Shown here: positions 19,039 to 27,672 of the stretch, in pieces
How positions within the stretch are numbered: the stretch's first letter is position 1
Layout of the letters: each line of letters starts with the position of its first letter
Assembly: GCA_947588935.1 (NCBI GenBank)
Contig: CANQAU010000001.1
Span: 1-53,440, forward strand
Source of the DNA: an uncultured Bacilli bacterium
GTDB lineage: Bacteria > Bacillota_I > Bacilli_A > RF39 > UBA660
Direction: 5' to 3'
Length of the DNA stretch: 53,440 nucleotides
The notes under the pieces: generated by a model
What the model was told of the DNA's origin: nothing
What the model saw: the letters and a program-made list of their open reading frames with translations, nothing else
Database searches by the model: none
Position numbers and translations under genes: made by a program

Positions 19039-20346
19039 ATGTATCAAAATCAAAAGATATTCATTTTTGGAATGGCCAAAAGTGGTTACGAATGTGCCAA
19101 ATTCTTAAGTAAGAACAATGAAATTCTCATCACAGATGCCAAAGAGCAAGAGGAAGAACATTTAAAACTACTAAAACAACTAGGAGTAACGTTCATTCAA
19201 ACCGATACACCCGAAGAGTTATTAGATGAAACATTTGATGTAGTAGTAAAAAATCCAGGAATCATCATGACGCATCCACTTGTGAAAAAAGCCCAAGAAT
19301 TGCAGATTCCCATTATCAATGAAATGGAAGTAGCTTACCACTATCTACCAGAGAATGTTACCATTATTGGCGTGACAGGATCCAATGGTAAAACTACCAC
19401 GACCACTCTGATTTACGAAATGCTAAAAAAGATGAACGTTCCAGTTCACTTAGGTGGAAATATTGGTTTTCCTTTATGCAGTATTCTTCCATCAATCAAA
19501 CCAAATGACGTTCTTTTACTAGAAATCTCTGATCATCAACTATTAAATATGAAAGATTTTAAAACCAATATCAGTGTTCTAACCAATTTATGTCCAACAC
19601 ACTTAGACTTTCATGGCTCCTATGAAAATTATAAAAAAGTAAAACAAAAAATCTTTCAGCACCATACCCAAAAAGATATCGCAATCATTAACGCGACCAA
19701 TGAAGATTCCCTAAAAGAAACCGAAAAAATCCCATCCCAAAAGAAATATTTTACCAAACAAGATTGTTATATAAACGAAAATACGATTTATTTAAATGAT
19801 GAACCAATCATTCATCTTGAGGATATCAAATTAAAAGGAATGCATAATTATGAAAATATTATGGCCGCTCTTTTAGTAGTAAATGAATTTCACATGCAAA
19901 AAGAAAAAGTGTGTGAAGTGTTAAAAAACTTTGGTGGAGTAGAACATCGTTTAGAATTTGTAAAAAGAGTAAATGACATTGATTATTATAACGATTCCAA
20001 GTCCACCAATCCAACTTCTACCATTACCGCCTTAAAAAGTTTTCAAACGCCAGTTTTATTAATTTTAGGAGGCTTTGAACGCCAGCAAGATTTTTTTGAA
20101 TTAAAAGAACATATGCAATATGTAAAAAAGATTTACGCAATGGGAGAAACTAAAGATAGAGTAGAAGAATTCGCCAAAAAGATGAGCATCCCATGTACCA
20201 AAAAAGAAACACTTCAAGAAGTAATGAAAGAAATTAAAAAAGATGCCATCAAAAATGACACCGTTTTATTATCTCCTGCCTGTGCTTCTTGGGATCAATA
20301 CGATAAATTTGAAGATCGAGGAGCAGAATTTAAAAGCCTCATCTAA
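19039..20346 (+). CDS. murD: UDP-N-acetylmuramoyl-L-alanine--D-glutamate ligase
   Basis: Mur ligase P-loop GVTGSNGKTTTT, an N-terminal Rossmann region (IFGMAKSG), and NDSKSTN plus a C-terminal domain typical of MurD. Confidence 0.9.
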   Translation: MYQNQKIFIFGMAKSGYECAKFLSKNNEILITDAKEQEEEHLKLLKQLGVTFIQTDTPEELLDETFDVVVKNPGIIMTHPLVKKAQELQIPIINEMEVAYHYLPENVTIIGVTGSNGKTTTTTLIYEMLKKMNVPVHLGGNIGFPLCSILPSIKPNDVLLLEISDHQLLNMKDFKTNISVLTNLCPTHLDFHGSYENYKKVKQKIFQHHTQKDIAIINATNEDSLKETEKIPSQKKYFTKQDCYINENTIYLNDEPIIHLEDIKLKGMHNYENIMAALLVVNEFHMQKEKVCEVLKNFGGVEHRLEFVKRVNDIDYYNDSKSTNPTSTITALKSFQTPVLLILGGFERQQDFFELKEHMQYVKKIYAMGETKDRVEEFAKKMSIPCTKKETLQEVMKEIKKDAIKNDTVLLSPACASWDQYDKFEDRGAEFKSLI

Positions 20347-21869
20347 TTTTCTTTCTTTTTGATTAAACGATAAGGAGGTTTCATTTGCATCGTGGCCTCA
20401 TCAATATAAACGGAATCACAACTTCCATCACTCATACAAAGTTCATGAAAAGCAGGGTCTATGACATTGGCAAGAGCCACTTTAAGTCCACTGGCACCTT
20501 GCTTTTCTTGTGCAGCTCGACGAACAAATTCCCAAAGGGCAGATTGATCAATTTGTAAATGAAATCCCCATTTTTCAAAAGATTGTTGATATTCATATAA
20601 ACAAGAGTCTTCTGGCATCACCAAAATGTCATATAAATTTTGCATAGATAATGGATGAATTTGACAAAGGCGAATGCGACGTAAATACTCAAGTGGAAGA
20701 CCATAACGATTTAAATCTTCTAAAGTAATTTCCGTTTGAACAACATTTGGATGCGCTTGAAATCCTAAAGAAGAAGATTTTCGTTGTAATTCTTGGGATA
20801 ATTCAGCAAATGCTCCAATCGTAATAAATAAAACTTGATTGGTACAAAATTGAATGTAACGTGGATATACTTCGGAACCAATATTAATATGAAAAGTTCC
20901 ACCTTCAATCATCGTTAGCAAACTATTTAATACGCGAATACCAGAAACGTCATTCTGATCACGGGTTACTTTTTTATCAATTTCATCAATCACCACAATT
21001 CCGTGTTCCGCTTTTTCTAGATTATCCTCAGCTTGATGATAAAGTTGAACTAAAATATCCGAAAGAGAATTTCCTTCATATCCGGCAACCGAGTAAAAAG
21101 AACTATCAACCGTAACCATTGGAACTTCAATTTTTTCTTGGATTCTTCTCAAGATTTCCGTTTTTCCACAACCGGAAGGTCCTATAATCATCATATTGGT
21201 TTTATTTCGATAATTTTGAAGTTGAAAATGGCGATATAAAGTAGCAAGTACAGTTTGAATCGCTTCATCTTGACCTTTAATATAATGAGTTAAATAGCGA
21301 TAAAAATCAGCATAAGTTGGAAGAGACGAAAGGCTAGTAGTTGAAGAAAGATTTTGCGAATTTTCACTCGTTTCTTCTTTATCAGAATAAACAAGAACAC
21401 TCTCATCAGACGGATTACAAAAATTTTGGAAATCCAAATCGGATTCTTCGTTCATATAATGAACATCTCCCATATCATTGGAAACCGCAATAACCGACAT
21501 TTTATATTCATCCAAACATAAAGCATAGGTAGTAGCAATATTTTGATCATAATCAATTTTTTGAAAGTAAAGCTTTTGATTTAATTCATCGAGATAATAA
21601 TTAAAAGCATTCTCAAGATCCTCATCATCCGATTTTTCATTCAATTGAAACTTTTTTTGAAAATCTTCCCAAGAAATTGCAAATTCAGCCATCGGATAAG
21701 TGACATCATCGTCATTTAAAAAAGCACTCATATAACTTCCCATATTCTCAACATCAAAGAAATTGTCAATAAGATTACAACGTACGATATGCGTTGGATG
21801 TACTTGAATATAATCCGTAGAATCACAAGTTTTATAGCATAACGCCGCAAGATAACGAAATTTTTTCAT
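20343..21869 (-). CDS. ClpX-like AAA+ ATPase with a non-canonical N-terminal domain
   Basis: Walker A IIGPSGCGKTE, Walker B VVIDEIDKK, a pore-loop-like AGYEG, LGF at the position of the ClpX IGF loop, and a ClpX-like C-terminal lid (GASGLK). The first ~190 aa are unrelated to the ClpX zinc-binding domain. The ATG at 21869 is preferred over the TTG at 21881. Confidence 0.65.
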   Translation of the reverse strand: MKKFRYLAALCYKTCDSTDYIQVHPTHIVRCNLIDNFFDVENMGSYMSAFLNDDDVTYPMAEFAISWEDFQKKFQLNEKSDDEDLENAFNYYLDELNQKLYFQKIDYDQNIATTYALCLDEYKMSVIAVSNDMGDVHYMNEESDLDFQNFCNPSDESVLVYSDKEETSENSQNLSSTTSLSSLPTYADFYRYLTHYIKGQDEAIQTVLATLYRHFQLQNYRNKTNMMIIGPSGCGKTEILRRIQEKIEVPMVTVDSSFYSVAGYEGNSLSDILVQLYHQAEDNLEKAEHGIVVIDEIDKKVTRDQNDVSGIRVLNSLLTMIEGGTFHINIGSEVYPRYIQFCTNQVLFITIGAFAELSQELQRKSSSLGFQAHPNVVQTEITLEDLNRYGLPLEYLRRIRLCQIHPLSMQNLYDILVMPEDSCLYEYQQSFEKWGFHLQIDQSALWEFVRRAAQEKQGASGLKVALANVIDPAFHELCMSDGSCDSVYIDEATMQMKPPYRLIKKKEN

Positions 21870-21924
21870 TAATAACACCAACTTTTAAAAATATAGTATA
21901 CATGCAAAATGAAGAGGAAGCAAT

Positions 21925-21955
21925 AAAAAAACCCTTCGAAAAGGGAATTTTTTTT
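21925..21955. terminator. Hairpin terminator downstream of tRNA-Arg
   Basis: CCCTT-cgaa-AAGGG stem flanked by an A-run and a T-run, so it could act bidirectionally. Confidence 0.55.
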
Positions 21956-21957
21956 AA

Positions 21958-22034
21958 TGGTGTTCGCGGGGAGATTCGAACTCTCGACCGATCGCTTAGA
22001 AGGCGATTGCTCTATCCAACTGAGCTACGCGAAC
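21958..22034 (-). tRNA. tRNA-Arg (anticodon UCU)
   Basis: The reverse complement folds by hand as a cloverleaf: acceptor GTTCGCG/CGCGAAC, D-arm GCTC-AGTTGGATA-GAGC, anticodon arm ATCGC-CTTCTAA-GCGAT, T-loop TTCGAAT, with an encoded CCA. There is one A-C mismatch in the T-stem. Confidence 0.85.
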
Positions 22035-22053
22035 AAATTTCATAAACAAAATG

Positions 22054-22082
22054 ATTATAATATAACCAGAAAGATATTGCAA
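22054..22082 (-). promoter_or_regulatory. Sigma-A-type promoter for tRNA-Arg
   Basis: On the minus strand: TTGCAA, 17 nt, TATAAT, about 20 nt upstream of the tRNA 5' end. Confidence 0.6.
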
Positions 22083-22114
22083 GTCCTTTTATAGGATGCC
22101 AAAAAAAAGAAAAC

Positions 22115-23050
22115 TTATACTTCTGTTTCCTTTAATAGTTCACCATCGATAAGAAAGCTAACTTTTGATATATCTATTGTATCTCGAAGAGAAAGACCGA
22201 TTGAATATTCTACTTCTTCCAAGATATGCTTGTTTTGAAAATCATCTAATAAATAATGATTAAAAGAAAGTTGAATATCATTTTCTAAAATTTCATAATC
22301 CAATAATTCAGCATTTGCACTGAGATAACTCATGAGATTGGTTTGATAAATCGGGGAACTTTTTAATCTTTCAATCACGATTTCCACTTTTTCTTTCGAA
22401 TCATTCCGAATTTCAGTTACAGGAACATAATAAAGCACATTTTGATATTTACTAACGTAATAAGCAGTTGTTTTTACCGTATTTTTCACTTCTGTCAAAT
22501 TGTAAATTTTATTAATACCATATTCGCGCGTTAAAATGGATGGAAGAGGAATTTGCGAATTTGGCAAACGAGTTAATAATTCCCCTTGAATATATAAAAG
22601 AATACCTTGAATATCGTCGAGTTCAGTTAATGAAAAAATTAAACTTTCAAGAACCCTTTCTTCTTGTTGAGCTGGAATTTTAGAAAAGTTATCATTAAAA
22701 TCCAGTTTTAAAATATGATTTTGAATATCTAAATGAAGAAGCGTGGTACCTTTGGGAAGAACAGCATGAAATCCATTCGGAAGATAAGTACTTTTATTTC
22801 CATCAATAACCAAACTTTCTACAATTTCTCTGGCTTGATTTATGACATCTTGGTTTTTCATTGCCATTTCGACACGTCCAACATAACCATAAGGATCAAT
22901 TAAATAAATAGAAGAAGAATGAGTTGAAAAAATGCTGACCTCATTGGGTAATGATTCTTGGATTTCATTCGGAAAAATAGATAAAATTCCAAAAATGAAG
23001 AGTGCAATAGTACCAACCGCAATTCTTCGCATCGCACTTTTTTTTAACAT
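22115..23050 (-). CDS. GerM-like membrane-anchored or lipoprotein with two GerMN-type repeats
   Basis: An N-terminal hydrophobic anchor is followed by two repeats with the GerMN-like pattern (LPKGTTLLHLDIQNHILKLDFNDNF...LESLIFSLTEL...ILLYIQGE). This is recalled similarity only. Confidence 0.5.
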   Translation of the reverse strand: MLKKSAMRRIAVGTIALFIFGILSIFPNEIQESLPNEVSIFSTHSSSIYLIDPYGYVGRVEMAMKNQDVINQAREIVESLVIDGNKSTYLPNGFHAVLPKGTTLLHLDIQNHILKLDFNDNFSKIPAQQEERVLESLIFSLTELDDIQGILLYIQGELLTRLPNSQIPLPSILTREYGINKIYNLTEVKNTVKTTAYYVSKYQNVLYYVPVTEIRNDSKEKVEIVIERLKSSPIYQTNLMSYLSANAELLDYEILENDIQLSFNHYLLDDFQNKHILEEVEYSIGLSLRDTIDISKVSFLIDGELLKETEV

Positions 23051-23115
23051 GATACCACCTAATAAAGTGTATGAAGAAGACCTTTAGATAGAACAAAAAA
23101 GTCTATAAAAGACTT

Positions 23116-23325
23116 TTATGACAGTGTAATTTCCCCTAATTTTAACAACTCTACAACTGCTTGAGCTCTGCCTTTTACTCCTAACTTTTGCATGACATTT
23201 GAAATATGGTTTCGTACCGTTTTTTCACTAATTTGTAAGTAATCAGCAATTTCTGGTGTTGATTTATTTAAAACCAAAAGGTTAAAAACCTCCTGTTCTC
23301 GAATCGTTAATATTTTTTTCTTCAT
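23116..23325 (-). CDS. gerE: GerE (LuxR-type HTH late sporulation regulator)
   Basis: The sequence LTIREQEVFNLLVLNKSTPEIADYLQISEKTVRNHISNVMQKLGVKGRAQAVVELLKLGE is nearly collinear with B. subtilis GerE, and the size (~70 aa) fits. Confidence 0.8.
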   Translation of the reverse strand: MKKKILTIREQEVFNLLVLNKSTPEIADYLQISEKTVRNHISNVMQKLGVKGRAQAVVELLKLGEITLS

Positions 23326-23411
23326 AGCAACCCTCACTTTCTCCTTCTACTAATCTACTCATAATATTTTATGTATTGAAATTTTAGTTGGTGAGAGTAT
23401 ATGCCTAAGAA

Positions 23412-23918
23412 TTATTTTTGAAACTTGACCGTAATATACATCTTTTTATCATACAAAGATTGGATACTACGAATGATTTTATTTGCAGTTTCTACGTTAT
23501 GATCATTGGATTCAATAACAATCCGAATTTGGTCATTTTGAATTTTGACAAAACTATTATAAGAAAACTCTTTTTTGATTTTCTTTTCAAGTTCCTCTTC
23601 TTTTCCTTGATTCGCATTTAAATTCATCAAAGCATCATATGCATCATTTTTTTCTTCCAAAGTAGCAGATTCATCTAATAAGATGGTTTGCAAATCATTC
23701 ATTTCTTTAAGCATTTCTTCTTCATCATTTACCCGTAAAGCAACAAAGGCACTTGCTTCATCGACATCGACATTAACAGCCTCTGCATTCTGTTCAGGCG
23801 AAGTACTATCAAGAATTTTTGATAAAGTATCATCGCTCATCGTAACATAATAAATGCCTAAAACCAGTATTAAACTAAAAAGAGTTACAAACCATAAACC
23901 CTGCTTATTAATCATCAT
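23412..23918 (-). CDS. SpoIIIAH-like protein
   Basis: The N-terminal anchor KQGLWFVTLFSLILVLGIYYV resembles SpoIIIAH (KKQTVWLLTMLSLVVVLSVYYI). It has an acidic linker and a C-terminal YscJ/FliF-like fold region. No other spoIIIA genes are adjacent. Confidence 0.55.
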   Translation of the reverse strand: MMINKQGLWFVTLFSLILVLGIYYVTMSDDTLSKILDSTSPEQNAEAVNVDVDEASAFVALRVNDEEEMLKEMNDLQTILLDESATLEEKNDAYDALMNLNANQGKEEELEKKIKKEFSYNSFVKIQNDQIRIVIESNDHNVETANKIIRSIQSLYDKKMYITVKFQK

Positions 23919-24022
23919 TCCCAGTCCTTTTCTATTACAACATATGAAAATTTTGGTAAAATATTACATGAAAAAAGAATCTTTATGCTATAATAAAAAA
24001 TAGAAAAGTTGGTGCCATATCT

Positions 24023-24766
24023 ATGTATCAAATTGCATTCGTATTTTTAAAATTCCTTTTGTTCAGCCTTTTTGGATACATAGCAGAAATGTCAATGTGT
24101 ATTATAGTAGATCACAAAATAACCAATCGAGGATTTTTATGTGGACCAGTAATTCCAATTTACGGCGTAGGAAGCATCTTTTTAGTAATTTTGTTAGATT
24201 CTCTAAAAAGCAATCCTTGTTTGATATTTATATTCGGAATGCTCATTACCACAGCCATTGAATATATCACAAGCTATATATTAGAAAAAATCTTTCATAA
24301 TCGATGGTGGGATTATTCGGAGAACAAATGGAATGTGAATGGCAGAATTTGTTTATTAAATTCCACACTCTTTGGCATAGGGTCATTAGCAATTATTTAC
24401 ATTGCCAATCCAATTTTTAATCAATTTCTGTCCCAAATGAATCATACCGCATTAATCATTTGTGCCATTCTTTTCTTTTTTGTATTCATCATTGATGTCA
24501 TTTATTCCTGTGTAGTTGCCTATCAACTTCGCAATCAAATTATTGTATTCAGTGAATTAAAAAACCAGAAATTAGCAAAAATTCCATGGATGTTCGAACG
24601 ATTATTAAAACAACGGATGAAACAATTAAAACATTATCCAAAACGATTATTAAACGCTTTCCCATACTTAAAAAAGAGTAATGAAAGAGAATTTGAATTA
24701 GTAAAAAAATGGCAAGATATGGCGAAAAAGAAAAGAAAGAAAAAAAAGAAGAAACGAAAAAAATAA
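24023..24766 (+). CDS. Polytopic membrane protein, CmpB/DUF1113-like ('putative ABC transporter type IV'), with a poly-Lys tail
   Basis: It has several TM segments, and the motif LLFSLFGYIAEM...RGFLCGPVIPIYG is typical of that family. The C-terminus is KKKRKKKKKKRKK. Confidence 0.5.
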   Translation: MYQIAFVFLKFLLFSLFGYIAEMSMCIIVDHKITNRGFLCGPVIPIYGVGSIFLVILLDSLKSNPCLIFIFGMLITTAIEYITSYILEKIFHNRWWDYSENKWNVNGRICLLNSTLFGIGSLAIIYIANPIFNQFLSQMNHTALIICAILFFFVFIIDVIYSCVVAYQLRNQIIVFSELKNQKLAKIPWMFERLLKQRMKQLKHYPKRLLNAFPYLKKSNEREFELVKKWQDMAKKKRKKKKKKRKK

Positions 24767-24842
24767 CAGAAATGTTATTTTTTTTTGAAATAAAAAAGGA
24801 AATGCAAATCCCATCTTGAATATGAATAATGAGGGAGATAAA

Positions 24843-26912
24843 GTGCAAAAAAAATTAATCGTCAAACAACAAGATCAAAAAGACTGTGGAGTATGTTGTC
24901 TTTTATCCATACTAAAATACTTTAAAGGTTACGTTCCGTTAGAACAAATTCGTTTAGATACAAAAACATCAAATCTAGGAACCAGTGCCTTTCATATGGT
25001 TGAAACACTCAAGAAATATGGTTTTGATGCATATGGATGTAAAATCAAAAAAGAAGAATTTTGGAATACGGAGTTTCCTCTTCCAGCCATCGTTCATGTA
25101 GTATTAGATAGTGGACAAAATCATTACATGGTTTTATATGAAAAAAGAAAAGAAAAAGTGGTTTTAATGGATCCTAGTTTTGGAAAGCGAGTGATGACGG
25201 AAAGTGATTTTTTCTGGATATGGTCAGAAGTATTATTAATAGCATATCCAAAAGAAGAAATAATAAAACGGGAACAAACAGATCATAAAATGCAAGTTTT
25301 TTTGACTTATTTAGGAAAAAAGAAAAGTCTTTTTCTCAAATTAATTGGTAGTGAAATGATTTTATTGGTAATAAGTATTGGAAGTTCCTTTTACCTAAAA
25401 GTTGCAAATGCCTTTTTAGAAAGAAAAAACGAAATTCTTTTCATAACTGTCTTTTTTGCTTGGTTATTAATTTTAAAGATTATCATGATGAAAGAAATTT
25501 TGAAAAAGAATCACTCTTTAAATAAACACTTAGAACTTTTACATGTTACAAATTATTTAGATCATGTAAAAAATCTTCCTCTTTCCTTGTTTAAAACAAG
25601 AACCATCGGGGACTATTTAAATCGTTTTTGGGAAAATACGGAAATCAAATACTTATATAGCGAAATAATGAAAAATAAAATTCTCTCAGTCATTACCATT
25701 TTTCTTTGTTTTGTCTTACTATATGGTTATCAAAGTTTCTTCTTTCATTTTTATCTCTTCGTCTTTTTGGTTTTTTCCATTTTTATGCTTTGCATTCATC
25801 AAGAAAACTATCAAAAAGAAAGAGAACGATTAGAAGCAAAATGCCAATATCAAGATCGATTATTAGAAAGGTTAAAGCAAAATGAAGTAATACATCATTT
25901 AGGAATTGAAAAATATACACAACCGAAAGAAGAAGCAGATTTAATTTGTTTTTTAAAACAGAATGAAGAAATCGAAAAATTTAATGAGAACATCAATTGG
26001 TTAGAAAATGCTTTAAAAGAAGGAACGGAATTTTTGTTTCTAGTACTGGGAGTATATCAAATGTCCAAAGGAAAATTAGAAATATTCAACTTTATCATGA
26101 TTGAAACCATCGGTTTTTATTTATTAAATTCCTTGGAAAATTTTGTTCAAACACTTTCGAAAGAAAAGTATTTAAACGAAATCATTCACAAAAATCAAGA
26201 ATTTCTTTCGCTTCCCATCGAAGAAGAAAGAAAAACCGATTCCTTTGAGCAAGGAGATATTTTCTTTAAAAATGTTTCCTTTTCTTATGATAATTATCGC
26301 TATGTATTAAAGGATTTAACCCTATGTATTACAAAAGGAACACATGTACTCTTAATGGGTGAAAGTGGAAGTGGAAAAAGTACAATTTGCAAATTGCTTC
26401 TAAAAGATGAAAAAACAATCAATGGAACAATAGAAATTGGGGACCATAACATTTTGGATATTCAAAAACAAGCATTGCATGAAAAAATAGTCTATTTAAA
26501 TCAAAAAAGTAACTTAATGACTGGAACCATCAAAGAAAATATTGTGATGTATAGACCCTTTCACACTTCGCGATTTGATCAAGTGTGTAAAATTTGTAAA
26601 ATTGAAGAAATTGTTCAAAAAAGACCTCTTCGTTATGAAACAACTATCAATAGTCAAGAAAATAATTTTTCTGGAGGAGAAAAAGCAAGAATTATGTTAG
26701 CAAGAACCCTGTATAAAGATGCCGAAGTCTATCTTTTAGATGAAGCGCTAAGTGAAATAGATGAACAAATGGAAAAAGAAATTATTAAAGACATGCGCGT
26801 TTTTCTGAAAGAAAAAACCGTTTTATATATTAGTCACCGAAAACTAAAAAGTCTATTCGACGAAACAAAGAAATGCGAGGAATGCCATGAAAGAATACTC
26901 ATATCTGAATAA
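24843..26912 (+). CDS. Peptidase-C39-containing ABC transporter (PCAT; exporter and processor of double-glycine-leader peptides)
   Basis: The N-terminal C39 domain has QQDQKDCGVCCL (catalytic Cys) and a downstream His (QNHYMVLY). It has a six-TM region, Walker A GESGSGKST, signature FSGGEKAR, Walker B YLLDEALSEID and an H-loop SHR. The GTG at 24843 is preceded by GAGGGAG; the ORF track starts it at the TTG at 24816. Confidence 0.9.
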   Translation: MQKKLIVKQQDQKDCGVCCLLSILKYFKGYVPLEQIRLDTKTSNLGTSAFHMVETLKKYGFDAYGCKIKKEEFWNTEFPLPAIVHVVLDSGQNHYMVLYEKRKEKVVLMDPSFGKRVMTESDFFWIWSEVLLIAYPKEEIIKREQTDHKMQVFLTYLGKKKSLFLKLIGSEMILLVISIGSSFYLKVANAFLERKNEILFITVFFAWLLILKIIMMKEILKKNHSLNKHLELLHVTNYLDHVKNLPLSLFKTRTIGDYLNRFWENTEIKYLYSEIMKNKILSVITIFLCFVLLYGYQSFFFHFYLFVFLVFSIFMLCIHQENYQKERERLEAKCQYQDRLLERLKQNEVIHHLGIEKYTQPKEEADLICFLKQNEEIEKFNENINWLENALKEGTEFLFLVLGVYQMSKGKLEIFNFIMIETIGFYLLNSLENFVQTLSKEKYLNEIIHKNQEFLSLPIEEERKTDSFEQGDIFFKNVSFSYDNYRYVLKDLTLCITKGTHVLLMGESGSGKSTICKLLLKDEKTINGTIEIGDHNILDIQKQALHEKIVYLNQKSNLMTGTIKENIVMYRPFHTSRFDQVCKICKIEEIVQKRPLRYETTINSQENNFSGGEKARIMLARTLYKDAEVYLLDEALSEIDEQMEKEIIKDMRVFLKEKTVLYISHRKLKSLFDETKKCEECHERILISE

Positions 26913-27318
26913 AATAAGTTATGAAATGGAAGAAGAAAAAAACTCCTTTTCGATTTGGATTGCCTTCTTTATCACTACCATGTTTATTCTTTCATGCACG
27001 TTGGAAATTTCAATTCAAACGCCCGTCAAAGCCATCTACCAACAAGAAACAAAATCGTTAATAATATCATGGCCTTATTATGATTTAGATAAAATTTATA
27101 AATTTGAAAATATGAAAATAGGAAAAGAAATCTATCCGTTTAAAATTCAAAAGATGAGCGATCTTTTATTAACAGACACACAACCAGAAAATTATCAGTT
27201 AATAGAATTACAGATTCCAACATCGTATTTAAACAATCAAGTGATAGAAATCAAATTGTTAGATAAAAAAGAACAGATTATCAAGAAAATATGGAAAATA
27301 GTAAGTGAAGGAGGATAA
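26887..27318 (+). CDS. Small single-pass membrane protein, a putative exporter accessory factor
   Basis: 143 aa with one TM (FSIWIAFFITTMFILSCTL). The start overlaps the PCAT stop (GAGGAA SD), and the stop lies 2 nt before peptide gene A. It is far shorter than HlyD/LcnD-type accessory proteins. Confidence 0.4.
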   Translation: MKEYSYLNKISYEMEEEKNSFSIWIAFFITTMFILSCTLEISIQTPVKAIYQQETKSLIISWPYYDLDKIYKFENMKIGKEIYPFKIQKMSDLLLTDTQPENYQLIELQIPTSYLNNQVIEIKLLDKKEQIIKKIWKIVSEGG

Positions 27319-27320
27319 GA

Positions 27321-27464
27321 ATGAAATTAACAAAAGAAGAATTACAAAAAATTAATGGAGGAGGGGTGTCAATAGGAATCATCGCTTTGGCAATCGGAGC
27401 ATTTGTAACGTTTGTCGCAGGATTTTTAGATGGTTTTGTCCGCCCACAATCTTGCAATGAATAA
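27321..27464 (+). CDS. Double-glycine-leader peptide A (47 aa; not in the ORF track)
   Basis: A GGAGGA SD lies 5 nt upstream of the ATG at 27321. The product is MKLTKEELQKINGG|GVSIGIIALAIGAFVTFVAGFLDGFVRPQSCNE: a typical GG leader followed by a hydrophobic 33-aa core with GxxxG motifs. Confidence 0.75.
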   Translation: MKLTKEELQKINGGGVSIGIIALAIGAFVTFVAGFLDGFVRPQSCNE

Positions 27465-27624
27465 ACTAAAAGAAGAACAACTAATCCAAATTATAGGAGG
27501 AAGCGATCTATTATCGGGAGCATTCCTTTCAGCTTTAGCGAAATGCATCGAATCAATAGCCGATGTCGGAAGAAAAATTGGCTCTGCCATTCGAAGAATA
27601 AAAAATGGAAATCTTTGTCCTTGA
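27457..27624 (+). CDS. Double-glycine-leader peptide B (55 aa; an internal start of the 64-aa track ORF)
   Basis: The ATG at 27457 overlaps the last codons and stop of peptide A (AATGAATAA). The product is MNKLKEEQLIQIIGG|SDLLSGAFLSALAKCIESIADVGRKIGSAIRRIKNGNLCP: a GG leader followed by a cationic amphipathic 40-aa core with two Cys and a GxxxG motif. Confidence 0.75.
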   Translation: MNKLKEEQLIQIIGGSDLLSGAFLSALAKCIESIADVGRKIGSAIRRIKNGNLCP

Positions 27625-27672
27625 AGAAGAAATCGAATAATTATATAATAAAGACAAGAATGGAGGGAGTAT

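Noticed and set aside
24721-24766. The long A-rich poly-Lys coding run at the end of the CmpB-like gene, as a possible slippery or frameshift site or a sequencing artefact.
   Set aside because: The frame reads through cleanly to a stop and no extended alternative frame continues beyond it. It is most simply a basic C-terminal tail.
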